From NCBI GenBank assembly GCA_052279835.1, contig CP181291.1, positions 896,001-960,000 of the forward strand: a stretch of 64,000 bases of DNA. The letters are read 5' to 3'. The stretch is from Microcoleus sp. GTDB lineage: Bacteria > Cyanobacteriota > Cyanobacteriia > Cyanobacteriales > Microcoleaceae. Below the pieces are notes generated by a model. That model searched no databases. It saw nothing but the letters and a program-made list of their open reading frames with translations, and was not told the DNA's origin. Made by a program: the position numbers and the translations under genes. Of this stretch, positions 21,391-30,897 are shown in pieces; the stretch's first letter is position 1; each line of letters opens with the position of its first letter.

Positions 21391-22002
21391 TTAATCGATT
21401 GATAGAGAAGTTTTTTGCAGGAAAGACTTACAGACATACCAATAATAAAAGGCAATGTTGATTTCACTAAATAATTTAGGCACTCCTTCTAGTAAACTGG
21501 CAAGTATCTGGCTTTTTAATTTGAGAGTATCAATCCCGATCGCCAAAAACAACAATCCCAAACCAGCTAACAATATGTGATAGGGAGTCAACTTAAGTTC
21601 TCGGTGAAAAAACCATCCATAGGAAGACAAAACAATAGCATACAGAAGACATACTCCCAGTTTGGGAATCCCTACCCCTATCATATATATATGAATTCGG
21701 TAAATTTCATTGAGCAGAAAACCCCCAGTTAACAACGCAGAAAATAAAATAAATCGATTACCGAAATTGCGGGGGTGGCTACTTTTTGCTAATCCATAGG
21801 TGAAAGTACAAACAATGACAGGTACAGCACATAAAATCTGGAAAGTCCGAGTTAATAATGCGACATTTGGATTGGGGGAAAAATAAGGGTTAAAAAATAA
21901 ATCGCTGACTTTCAAACCCGAATATTGAGTGATAATTATCAACACTACCACCAGCAATAAGGAGAAACAATTTAATTTAACAAGAGAGCGAGAAATAGTC
22001 AT
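21391..22002 (-). CDS. Hypothetical multi-pass membrane protein
   Basis: About six hydrophobic segments; ATG at 22002 is the likely start. Confidence 0.65.
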   Translation of the reverse strand: MTISRSLVKLNCFSLLLVVVLIIITQYSGLKVSDLFFNPYFSPNPNVALLTRTFQILCAVPVIVCTFTYGLAKSSHPRNFGNRFILFSALLTGGFLLNEIYRIHIYMIGVGIPKLGVCLLYAIVLSSYGWFFHRELKLTPYHILLAGLGLLFLAIGIDTLKLKSQILASLLEGVPKLFSEINIAFYYWYVCKSFLQKTSLSID

Positions 22003-22119
22003 AAGCGATTTACAGAAAAATGCGATTTGACCGTCGAAGCACAAAAAAAATTATATCACTCCACTAGGTTGTTTTTTTTGCTAAACTAATCAGAGTGTTA
22101 TCAAAACCAGGATACAGTA

Positions 22120-23394
22120 ATGCTGTCAGTGAAAGAAGCAGAAGCGATCGTACTAAATTTAGCACAGCCCCTTGACAGTCAGCAGGATGTAGAAACTGTA
22201 GACTTGCTGGCAGCATCGGGGCGAGTTTTGGCCGCAACTGTCACAAGTTCCCTGGATTTTCCCTATTGGGATAATTCGGCAATGGATGGCTATGCGGTGC
22301 GGTTTGCTGATGTGGAAAATTGCAACAGTGACAAACCTGTCACCCTTGAGATAGTTGAAGAGATTCCGGCGGGATATCAGCCTCAAAATACTGTACAACC
22401 TGGACAAGCGGCACGGATTTTTACGGGTGGGATGATGCCCGCAGGTGCTGATACGGTGGTAATGCAGGAGGAAACTAGGCGTGAGGGCGATCGTGTTTCG
22501 ATCCTGGTTACTCCTGGTAAACCTCAAGCTTTTGTCCGTCACCAAGGCGCTTTTTATCAAGCAGGAACTCCTTTGTTAAATCCGGGTACTGTTATCAATG
22601 CTTCGGAAGTCGCAGTGTTAGCAACTGCACAGTGTATTCAAGTGCCTGTTTATCGGCGAGTGCGGGTGGCGATTTTTTCCACGGGCGACGAATTGGTATC
22701 ACCAGACCAACCTTTGTCTGCGGGTAAATTGGTAGACTCTAATCAGTATGCTTTGACTGTTTTGTTGACGCAAATGGGATGTGAAGTGATAAGATTGGGC
22801 ATAGTTCCCGATAATCAGCAGGAACTAACAAAAGCAATCAATCAAGCTATTTTGACAGCAGATGTAGTGCTTTCTACTGGTGGAGTTTCGGTAGGAGACT
22901 ATGATTATGTTGAGCAAATATTGGCGGATTTGGGAGGGGAAATTCACATTCGCTCTGTGGCAATTAAACCGGGTAAGCCTTTGACGGTTGCTAAGTTTAA
23001 ACGAGATGAAAACAAATCGGATTCGCCGATGATGAGTTCTGATTGTGTTTATTTTGGTTTGCCTGGAAATCCGGTTTCAGCGTTAGTATGTTGTTGGCGG
23101 TTTGTGGTACCTGCGTTGAGAAAAATTTCTGGAGTTGGGGCGGATGCTTGGGGGCCGGAGTTGGTGCGGGCTCGATGTCGTGTGGAATTGCGATCGCAGG
23201 GTCAGCGGGAAACCTATGTTTGGGGTAAACTGTATTTAGTGACCGGAGTGTGGGAATTTGAACCAGCCAGTGGCAGCCAAAATTCAGCGAATTTAGTTAA
23301 CTTGGCAAATACGACTGGTTTGGCAGTGTTACCACCACAGAAAAACGTGGTTTTGCCCAGTGAATTCATTGAAGTTTTAAAGATTAATAACTAA
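22120..23394 (+). CDS. moeA: Molybdopterin molybdotransferase MoeA
   Basis: NSAMDGYAV, RIFTGGMMPAGADTVVMQE, FSTGDEL, STGGVSVGDYD, IKPGKP, GLPGNPVSA. Confidence 0.95.
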   Translation: MLSVKEAEAIVLNLAQPLDSQQDVETVDLLAASGRVLAATVTSSLDFPYWDNSAMDGYAVRFADVENCNSDKPVTLEIVEEIPAGYQPQNTVQPGQAARIFTGGMMPAGADTVVMQEETRREGDRVSILVTPGKPQAFVRHQGAFYQAGTPLLNPGTVINASEVAVLATAQCIQVPVYRRVRVAIFSTGDELVSPDQPLSAGKLVDSNQYALTVLLTQMGCEVIRLGIVPDNQQELTKAINQAILTADVVLSTGGVSVGDYDYVEQILADLGGEIHIRSVAIKPGKPLTVAKFKRDENKSDSPMMSSDCVYFGLPGNPVSALVCCWRFVVPALRKISGVGADAWGPELVRARCRVELRSQGQRETYVWGKLYLVTGVWEFEPASGSQNSANLVNLANTTGLAVLPPQKNVVLPSEFIEVLKINN

Positions 23395-23404
23395 ACAATA
23401 TACT

Positions 23405-23454
23405 TTCCCTTCTTCCTTCTTCCTTCTTCCTTCTTCCTTCTTCCTTCTTCCTTC
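23405..23454. repeat. STRR heptamer (TTCCTTC) x ~7
   Basis: Near-perfect tandem heptamers between moeA and the response regulator. Confidence 0.85.
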
Positions 23455-23459
23455 GTATT

Positions 23460-24092
23460 ATGAGAATTTTAATTATTGAAGACGATCCGATGATGCAACT
23501 GGGGCTAGAGCAAGTTTTAGCCGATGCCCCAGAAATAGAAATAGTAGGACAAGCAGAAGATGGCTATTTAGGAGTAGCAGCGGCACTGAAACTCAAACCT
23601 GATATTATTGTCATGGATATCGGTTTGCCACGGCTGGATGGGATAGCGGCGACGCAACAAATTAAAGCGCAATTACCCGATGTTCGAGTAGTGATGTTGA
23701 CTTCCCATATGGCAGAAACTGAAATTATTGCATCTCTTTCTAGCGGTGCTGATGCTTATTGTATTAAAGGTGCTTCTGTGGATAGGTTGTTAGCAGCTAT
23801 CGCGGCGGCGGCAGAGGGGGCTACATACCTCGATCCTCAAATCGCTCGCACTGTGATTGAACATCTTAAACCTCCAGCGCCTGTGTCTACAACTACTTTT
23901 GGTCAATTGTCGCAGCGGGAATTGGAGGTGTTAAGGTTGATGGTGGAAGGTAATACTAATCCTGAAATTGCTGCGGCGCTTTATTTGAGTCCAAATACTA
24001 TTAAAACTCATGTTCGTGGTATCATGAATAAGTTGGCTGTAGACGATCGGGTGCAAGCAGCAGTTGTGGCGCTTAGAACTGGATTGGTTTAA
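23460..24092 (+). CDS. NarL/LuxR-family response regulator
   Basis: REC domain (IIEDD, VMDIGLPRLDG, CIK) plus LSQRELEVL...TIKTHV helix-turn-helix. Confidence 0.93.
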   Translation: MRILIIEDDPMMQLGLEQVLADAPEIEIVGQAEDGYLGVAAALKLKPDIIVMDIGLPRLDGIAATQQIKAQLPDVRVVMLTSHMAETEIIASLSSGADAYCIKGASVDRLLAAIAAAAEGATYLDPQIARTVIEHLKPPAPVSTTTFGQLSQRELEVLRLMVEGNTNPEIAAALYLSPNTIKTHVRGIMNKLAVDDRVQAAVVALRTGLV

Positions 24093-24171
24093 AGTTGGCA
24101 GTTGGCAGTTGTCCGTTGGCTAACCAACAATCACAAATAACTACTAACAAATAACACATCACAAATAATCT

Positions 24172-24813
24172 ATGTCTGAGTGGATAGAAATCGGTACAAT
24201 TGTAGCAGCTCAAGGTTTATACGGGGAAGTGCGAGTATATCCCGATTCTGATTTCCCGGAAAGGTTTATCGAACCGGGAAAGCGGTGGCTGTTGTTTCCT
24301 AATAAAACAGAACCAGAAGCGATCGAATTTTTGGGCGGTCGCTACATTCCGGGCAAAGGATTGTATGCTGTAGAGGTGGCTGGGGTGGAAGACCGGGATG
24401 CTGCTGAGGCGCTGCGGGGCTGCAAACTTTTTGTGCAAAAAGGATCGAGACCTTACCTAGAACCAGATGAGTTTTATGTGCAAGATTTGTTTGGGATGGA
24501 GGTTTTCAATCAATTAACCGGAGAACTGTTGGGGAAAGTCAGTGATATTATTCCCGCCGGAAATGACCTTTTGGAAGTTGAATTAAATCCCACTGAGGCG
24601 ATAAAGGCGGCAGAATCGGAAGTAGCAGAAACTGTGTCTGTACAGGTTGAACACAAAGATAGTCGTCGCAAAAAACGTAAAACTCCTCGTGTTAAACCAC
24701 TCCAAACAAAAAAGGTTTTGATTCCTTTTGTGAAAGAGATAGTTCCAATTGTTGATTTAGAAAAAGGTCGAATTGAAATTGTGCCTCCTTCTGGTTTGTT
24801 GGATGAAATTTAA
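24172..24813 (+). CDS. rimM: 16S rRNA processing protein RimM
   Basis: IGTIVAAQGLYGEVRV, DRDAAEALRG, DEFYVQDLFG, GNDLLEV, LIPFVKEIVPIVDL. Confidence 0.95.
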   Translation: MSEWIEIGTIVAAQGLYGEVRVYPDSDFPERFIEPGKRWLLFPNKTEPEAIEFLGGRYIPGKGLYAVEVAGVEDRDAAEALRGCKLFVQKGSRPYLEPDEFYVQDLFGMEVFNQLTGELLGKVSDIIPAGNDLLEVELNPTEAIKAAESEVAETVSVQVEHKDSRRKKRKTPRVKPLQTKKVLIPFVKEIVPIVDLEKGRIEIVPPSGLLDEI

Positions 24814-24845
24814 GGAATCAGAAAGTTAAGTGACGGATTTTGTAA

Positions 24846-24949
24846 TATTGTTGACCGTTGCATCGGAATGATTTAACCGCAGAGAACACAGAGGACACAG
24901 AGGGAGAGAATACAGAGATGAATAATTCAGATGAAGAGAGGATTTGATA
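24846..24949 (+). mobile_element. ~104-bp MITE, copy 2 (TAA target duplication)
   Basis: Same core (CGCAGAGAACACAGAGG...GAGATGAATAATTC...GGATTTGATA); TAA at 24843-24845 and 24950-24952. Confidence 0.75.
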
Positions 24950-25016
24950 TAACGGATTTAAGGAATAAGGAATAAGGAATAAGGTTTAAAGTTCCCTAGA
25001 CCTAATTCCCGGAATA

Positions 25017-25475
25017 TTAATTATTTCCTTTATTCGTGTATCGGACTATCAAATAACTGATGGAAAGAGCGAAAATTGCTGTAGCTAAACCGATTAAGTC
25101 GGCGGCAGTTTTCTTTTCTAAGTCGAGAATAATTATTTTACGAGAGACGGCGATTAAAGAAGTGACAATGACTAATTCTACTTGAATGACGTGCTTTTTC
25201 AGGTAAGCTGTAATATTTTCTAAGATTTCTAGGGCGATTAAAACATTTAAAAATAACCCAAAGATTACAAATAGCGTGTCTTTTAACAAAGTCTGGGGGT
25301 CATTGATTAATTCTTTTGCTACATAAATTAGCAAATCACAAACGCTGATGATAATTACCAAAATCATCGCCAGAGATAAAACTTTCGATACGACTACTTC
25401 TACATTTTCAGTAAAGTGCAGAAATTGTTCATCGCTGCCGAATTTAGAAAATTGCCTCAGTATTTTTTTCAGCAT
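25017..25475 (-). CDS. Phosphate-starvation-inducible PsiE-family membrane protein
   Basis: FGLFLNVLIALEILENI...VTSLIAVSRKIIILD. Confidence 0.85.
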   Translation of the reverse strand: MLKKILRQFSKFGSDEQFLHFTENVEVVVSKVLSLAMILVIIISVCDLLIYVAKELINDPQTLLKDTLFVIFGLFLNVLIALEILENITAYLKKHVIQVELVIVTSLIAVSRKIIILDLEKKTAADLIGLATAIFALSISYLIVRYTNKGNN

Positions 25476-25572
25476 ACCCGTGACTTAATGATGATTTATT
25501 ATTGATAATGTCATTGTCTGCTGTTCTTGGCAATCCCCTGTGTCTGGGGTTGCTTGATGAATTTTTGCCATA

Positions 25573-25616
25573 AAAAATCCTCAAACTATTGCTAAACGAC
25601 AATATTTTGAGGATTT
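25573..25616 (-). terminator. Probable intrinsic terminator downstream of rbp
   Basis: AAATCCTCAAA-TATTG...CAATA-TTTTGAGGATTT stem; the A-run at 25572-25577 gives a U-tail on the minus strand. Confidence 0.6.
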
Positions 25617-25734
25617 GAAGACTGGGTGCGATCGCACAGACAGTTCTTTCTGGTCAATAGAGAAGGATTATTGACTCCTAACTCGCGGCCAGCCTAGGGA
25701 CAAGCAAGGAAGCTAAAAATTTAGCTTGGATGCT

Positions 25735-26046
25735 TTAGTAGCGACGAGAAGAGCGATTGTTGCCGCCGCCCCAGTTACCACCGGCATTAGAACCACCACG
25801 TTCTTCGCGGGGTTTTGCCTTGTTGACTTTAAGGTCGCGACCCATCCATTCAGCACCGTCAAGGGCTTCAATAGCTGCTGTTTCTTCGGCTTCTGTGGAC
25901 ATTTCTACGAAAGCAAAGCCGCGCATCCGACCTGTTTCCCGATCGGCAGGTAACTGAACGCGCTTAACAGTGCCGTATTCTCCGAAAGTTTGGTTGAGGT
26001 GCTCCTGCGTAACTTCGTAGGATAAATTGCCGACATAAATTGACAT
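25735..26046 (-). CDS. rbp: Cyanobacterial RRM RNA-binding protein with Gly-rich tail
   Basis: MSIYVGNLSY (RNP2), RGFAFVEM (RNP1), GAEWMGRDLKVNKAKPRE. Confidence 0.95.
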   Translation of the reverse strand: MSIYVGNLSYEVTQEHLNQTFGEYGTVKRVQLPADRETGRMRGFAFVEMSTEAEETAAIEALDGAEWMGRDLKVNKAKPREERGGSNAGGNWGGGNNRSSRRY

Positions 26047-26125
26047 TAAACATTCTCCAGAATTAGAGGGTGTAGAGAATTAAATCCGGAGGAACGCCGA
26101 TCGAACGAACTATACTGCCGAAAAT
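26047..26125 (-). promoter_or_regulatory. rbp 5'-UTR boxes (RBS TCTGGAGA, anti-RBS CCTCCGGA, TTCGGCAG)
   Basis: Resembles the conserved boxes of cold-regulated cyanobacterial rbp leaders; CUCCGGA can pair with UCUGGAG. Confidence 0.55.
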
Positions 26126-26475
26126 AAGCCTTATGAATAGAGCATAGCACCTATCGCTCCATACTGCAATTATTTGGTGATAGTCGATCGAAAGCCAAAA
26201 CCAAAAACCACCAAAAATCAATCAAACACAACCAATAAAAAAGCAAACAGAACTGAGGCAAAAGCTATGAATAAATAGGGTTTCTGACTGAACGTTGTGG
26301 GTTTAAAGAGCAAATTTTTGTGCCTATAAATTAGAGTCAGGCCGATCGAAAACCTGGTGGCTTCGATCGGACTTAAAGGTATCAGAGGAGTATTGGGGTT
26401 AAAAAACCCTGTTTTTCCAGGGAAAAACCCACCTGTAAAGCGGAAAAAATTGAGCTGAAAAAATTAACTCCGTGC

Positions 26476-28647
26476 TCAAGAACTGACTGGGATGGGAGAT
26501 TGGACCCAATTAAACTCACCTACTTCCGCTTCAATTTCCGCCCCAACCCTGACCAACTGGACTGCACAAGCTTTTAACTCCGGTTGTTTAGAATCAGGAC
26601 AACTTTCAGCATGAGTCATGGCATTGGCTTCGGCGCCTTCGGCCCACAGAGAACCCCAGTGCATTGGTACAAATAGAGTACCAGGGGCGATCGCCTTAGT
26701 AACTTTTGCGGGAAACACTCCTTTACCCCGGCGCGATCGAACTTCCAACAAATCCCCTTCCTTAATCTTCAAATTAGCAGCATCGCGGGGATGAATTTCC
26801 AAAAAGGGTTCCGGGTGCAATTGATTAATTTTGTCGGTTCTACCAGTGCGCGTCATCGTGTGCCAGTGTCCATACAATCTGCCCGTTGTTAACACAAAAG
26901 GATAATTGGGGTCTGGAGGTTCAGCCAGTCCACGGGAATGATAAGCTGAAAATCTCGCCCGCTGGTCGGGAGTTGGGAAACGTGCATCAGTGTAAAGCCG
27001 CTTAGCTTCTTTGGCTGAATGCTTGGGTTCATTTTCCCGACAAGGCCACTGCTGAGGGCCTTCTTGGCGCAAGTATTCGTGACTGAGGCCTGTGACATCG
27101 CAAGGCTGGCCCCGCGTCAACTGTACGAACTCTTGGTAAACATCACCACTGTTATTGAAAGCAAACTGTTCGGCAAAACCCAACCTGCGTCCCACCTCAG
27201 CGAAAATACTCCAGTCGTCGCGGGCTTCCCCTAAAGGTGTGTCGAAACCGATACAAAGACTAACGCGACGTTCGGAATTGGTCATCACTCCCGTTTTTTC
27301 ACTCCACTGAGTTGCCGGTAAGAGGATGTGAGCGTAGGCGGAGGTTTCGGTGGGATAGTAAGCTTCTTGATAAACTGTAAAGGGCGATCGCCACAAAGCC
27401 GCTTTTGTGCGTTCCAAATCCGGCATACTCACTACCGGATTGGTAGCTGCAATCCACAACATCTCTACTTGGCCGGTTTCCAAACCCAAAATCATCTCCC
27501 AAGCAGTGCGGCCTGGATTGGGCGAAATACTTCCGGGTGTCAGCCCCCACAATTCCTCTACTTGGGTTCTGTGTTGGGCATTTTTCACCGCTCGATATCC
27601 CGGTAATAGGTTAGAAAGTCCCCCTGCTTCCCGCCCTCCCATGGCGTTTGGCTGGCCTGTGAGGGAAAACGGGCCGCATCCCGGTTTGCCGATTTGACCG
27701 GTCATCAAGTGCAAATTAATTAGCGATCGCACCTTTGCCGTGCCTTCAGAGGACTGGTTAATGCCCATGGACCACAGAGACAACACCCGCTGGGACTGTT
27801 GCCAATACTTAGCGGCGGTTTCCAAGTCTCCCACAGAAATGCCACAGCGCGAGGCTACGAATTCCGGCGTATAGCTGTTGACAACTTGTACAAACTGCTC
27901 AAAATGAACTGTGGATTCTTGAATAAATTTTCGATCTATGCTGTCGCTTTGCAACAGTAAATAGGCAATTCCATTGAGCAAATCTATATCAGTACCTGGT
28001 TTGATTGCCAAGTGCAAATCCGCTGCTTCCGCCGTCGGAGTCCGCCTCGGATCTACCACAATCATCTTGACATGGGGATTTTTTTTATGGTATTTTGCTA
28101 AGCGATTGAAAACAATGGGATGGCATTCTGCGGTATTGCTACCAATAATAAAAGCGCAATCTGTTAATTCTAAATCGTCGTAACAGCAAGGGGGACCGTC
28201 AGCACCAAAACTTTGCACGTATCCAGACACTGCTGAAGACATACACAGGCGAGAATTGGCATCAAAATTATTAGTTCCCAGACAACCTTTAAACAATTTT
28301 TGGGCCACATAATAATCTTCTGTGATGAATTGACCGGAACCATAAACGCAGATACCATCGGGGCCGGTAGTGCTGCGAATTGTTTGAATCCGGTTGACGA
28401 TCGCATCTAGTGCTTCGTCCCAGCTAGCGCGGCGGAACGGTCGATCGAGAGTATCCCGCATCATCGGATAAAGTAGTCGATCGGTGCGAATTGACTCTGC
28501 TACCGTTGCTCCCTTGACACAAACCATGCCCTGACTGGATGGGTGGTTGCGATCGCCCCGGACTTTCCAACCTTGGTTTTTGTCGGGAACAACTTCTAGA
28601 CCACAACCTACACCGCAGTAAGGGCAAAGAGTTTTGATAGTTTCCAT
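26476..28647 (-). CDS. narB: Ferredoxin-dependent assimilatory nitrate reductase
   Basis: CPYCGVGC...CVKG 4Fe-4S motif, [51 protein letters not shown]. Confidence 0.95.
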   Translation of the reverse strand: METIKTLCPYCGVGCGLEVVPDKNQGWKVRGDRNHPSSQGMVCVKGATVAESIRTDRLLYPMMRDTLDRPFRRASWDEALDAIVNRIQTIRSTTGPDGICVYGSGQFITEDYYVAQKLFKGCLGTNNFDANSRLCMSSAVSGYVQSFGADGPPCCYDDLELTDCAFIIGSNTAECHPIVFNRLAKYHKKNPHVKMIVVDPRRTPTAEAADLHLAIKPGTDIDLLNGIAYLLLQSDSIDRKFIQESTVHFEQFVQVVNSYTPEFVASRCGISVGDLETAAKYWQQSQRVLSLWSMGINQSSEGTAKVRSLINLHLMTGQIGKPGCGPFSLTGQPNAMGGREAGGLSNLLPGYRAVKNAQHRTQVEELWGLTPGSISPNPGRTAWEMILGLETGQVEMLWIAATNPVVSMPDLERTKAALWRSPFTVYQEAYYPTETSAYAHILLPATQWSEKTGVMTNSERRVSLCIGFDTPLGEARDDWSIFAEVGRRLGFAEQFAFNNSGDVYQEFVQLTRGQPCDVTGLSHEYLRQEGPQQWPCRENEPKHSAKEAKRLYTDARFPTPDQRARFSAYHSRGLAEPPDPNYPFVLTTGRLYGHWHTMTRTGRTDKINQLHPEPFLEIHPRDAANLKIKEGDLLEVRSRRGKGVFPAKVTKAIAPGTLFVPMHWGSLWAEGAEANAMTHAESCPDSKQPELKACAVQLVRVGAEIEAEVGEFNWVQSPIPVSS

Positions 28648-28953
28648 CTGCTAATTTATAGATGCTTGTTTTTTAAGCTAATAGGTAATTGATAACAGCT
28701 AATTATAGTAGCAAGCAAGAACTACTGCAAATTGCGGATCAAATATTACCTTTTTTTAGCAGGAATAGTTGGTCATTCCTGGACGCAATTGTCACCCTTG
28801 GTAAGGTGCATCAGTTTCATACCCTATAAAATTTATTCAAAAAACTTACCTGACGCACCCTATCATTCGATATTACTAGCAATCAGCCACTACCATAAAT
28901 CGACTAGGATCGACCGACTTTTTGCTAAAAACCCGGTCGATCGTACCAATTAG

Positions 28954-30762
28954 CTATTTGCCAGTTTTAACTTCTAATTTACCACCATTACTGGGGCTAA
29001 AAGTTACTTGAAATTCAGCAGTTTTTTCAGCACCTGCTGGGGCACCTGCCGGAATTTGCAAAACGGGCAGAGGAGTTTCTTTGACGAAATCTTTAGCTGC
29101 TTTATTTGTAGGATCGAACTGCACTATGTCCCCATTTTGCTTCACTTTGACTCGATAAGTCAAACTTTCAGTAAAGGTGGGAGTTGTGGTCCAATTTTGG
29201 TCAATTTGTGCATATAACTGCTGTCCGATCGCATCGAGTTGCGCTTTGTCGGCAATCTGTGAGGTAGGGCTGGTGGTAGCAGCAGCAGTTGGTGCGGTTG
29301 TCCCAGCAGCACTCGGTGCAGTGGTAGCAGCAGCAGTTGGTGCGGTTGTCCCAGCAGCACTCGGTGCAGTGGTAGCAGCAGCAGTTGGTGCAGTTGTCCC
29401 AGCAGCACTCGGCGCGGTTGTCCCAGCAGCAGTTGGTGCAGTTGTCGCAGCAGCACTCGGTGCGGTTGTCGCAGCAGCAGTTGGTGCAGTTGTCGCAGCA
29501 GCAGTTGGTGCAGTTGTCGCAGCAGCAGTTGGTGCAGTTGTCCCAGCAGCAGTTGGTGCAGTTGTCGCAGCCGCCACAATTGGTGCAGCCGGAGTGGGAG
29601 GAGAACTAATTACCGCAGCCGCCGGCGCAGTGGGTGCAGTTTCTGCTAATTTTTCCTTTTGCTGACTAGCAACAGAAGACATATTGACAGCAGCTAAAAT
29701 ACTCATCGCGAATAACCAAGACACTCCTAGTACAGCGCCTTTGATTCGTGATGCTTCTGAGGGTTCGGAAGCGTGAGGTACAAATTCTGCGGGCGCCAAC
29801 TTGGTTCTCGACTTTTCCTGCGGAACAGCAGCGGGTCTGAGGGCTGATTCTGGCAAGGGTGGGAGGGCGGTTTCGGTTTCTTCTTCGCCTTCTGTGTGGG
29901 CGTAGCGGGAGAACAAGAACTCTAAAGCAAAGTTCCGCAGTTCGTAGTATTTCGGATCTTCCATGATCCGCGTGCGGTTGCGGGGACGGCTGAAGGGAAT
30001 GTGCATATCTTCCCCGATTTTAGCTGCGGGGCCGTTGGTCATCATCACGATGCGATCGGATAAAAACAAAGCTTCATCGATATCGTGGGTAATCATGATG
30101 ACGGTAATTTTGTACTCCCGCCAAATTTTGAGCAATTCTTCTTGCAACTCTTCCCGCGTAATTGGGTCTAGAGCTCCGAAAGGTTCGTCTAAAATCAACA
30201 GTTTGGGGCGAGTAGCTAGGGCACGGGCGATCGCAACTCTTTGTTTCATCCCCCCGGACAACTGGCCTGGTCTTTTGTTGCTAGCTTCGGTAAGTCCCAC
30301 CAATTCTAGGTGTTGCTGAACGATCGTATTGTGTTCGTCTGCGGACTTGTCAGGGTAAACATTTTCCACACCGAGGTGAATGTTTTCAGTAGCAGTCAGC
30401 CAAGGCAACAACGAGTAGTTTTGAAACACTACCATGCGATCGGGTCCAGGTTCAGTAATCCGCGCACCTTCGAGTGCAATCTCTCCTTCTGTCGGTCCGT
30501 TGAATCCGGCGATCATGTTGAGCAAAGTAGATTTGCCACAGCCGGAGTGACCGATCAAGCAAATAAATTCGCCTTCATTAATCTGGAGATTTACACCATC
30601 GAGAATTACGGCAGGCCCTTTGGGAGTTTGGTAGACTTTTGATACGTCTTTAATGGACAAAAAGGGTGTGGAGGTTTTGCCATTGCTAGCTTTAGTTGTT
30701 TTTTGATTTGCGAGAGTTTGCATATTTTCAGAATTGGGGTTAGGGTTTTCTGGATTAGGCAT
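28954..30762 (-). CDS. nrtD: Nitrate ABC transporter ATPase NrtD with C-terminal extension (transmembrane helix, repeat stalk, globular domain)
   Basis: GHSGCGKST, LSGGMKQ, ILDEPFGALD and ITHD in the first ~290 aa; position after nrtC; about 310 extra residues follow. Confidence 0.88.
   Translation of the reverse strand: MPNPENPNPNSENMQTLANQKTTKASNGKTSTPFLSIKDVSKVYQTPKGPAVILDGVNLQINEGEFICLIGHSGCGKSTLLNMIAGFNGPTEGEIALEGARITEPGPDRMVVFQNYSLLPWLTATENIHLGVENVYPDKSADEHNTIVQQHLELVGLTEASNKRPGQLSGGMKQRVAIARALATRPKLLILDEPFGALDPITREELQEELLKIWREYKITVIMITHDIDEALFLSDRIVMMTNGPAAKIGEDMHIPFSRPRNRTRIMEDPKYYELRNFALEFLFSRYAHTEGEEETETALPPLPESALRPAAVPQEKSRTKLAPAEFVPHASEPSEASRIKGAVLGVSWLFAMSILAAVNMSSVASQQKEKLAETAPTAPAAAVISSPPTPAAPIVAAATTAPTAAGTTAPTAAATTAPTAAATTAPTAAATTAPSAAATTAPTAAGTTAPSAAGTTAPTAAATTAPSAAGTTAPTAAATTAPSAAGTTAPTAAATTSPTSQIADKAQLDAIGQQLYAQIDQNWTTTPTFTESLTYRVKVKQNGDIVQFDPTNKAAKDFVKETPLPVLQIPAGAPAGAEKTAEFQVTFSPSNGGKLEVKTGK
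29278..29565 (-). repeat. 24-bp coding tandem repeat x12 (TTAP[TS]AA[AG])
   Basis: Counted from the translation and DNA. Confidence 0.9.
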
Positions 30763-30844
30763 AGGAAATGGGATGAAAATAGTGCACGAGTTTTAAGTTG
30801 AAGAATTGGAATGGGCATCGGGCCTTTATAGCATCGGTAACAAA

Positions 30845-30892
30845 TGACTAATGACTAATGACTACTGACTACTGACTACTGACTAATGACTT
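30845..30892. repeat. STRR heptamers (TGACTAA/TGACTAC)
   Basis: About 6-7 tandem units between nrtC and nrtD. Confidence 0.8.
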
Positions 30893-30897
30893 CCTGA

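Noticed and set aside
29160..29665. Gln/Leu- and Val/Ala-rich ORFs overlapping nrtD
   Set aside because: Alternate-frame and antisense shadows of the 24-bp repeat.
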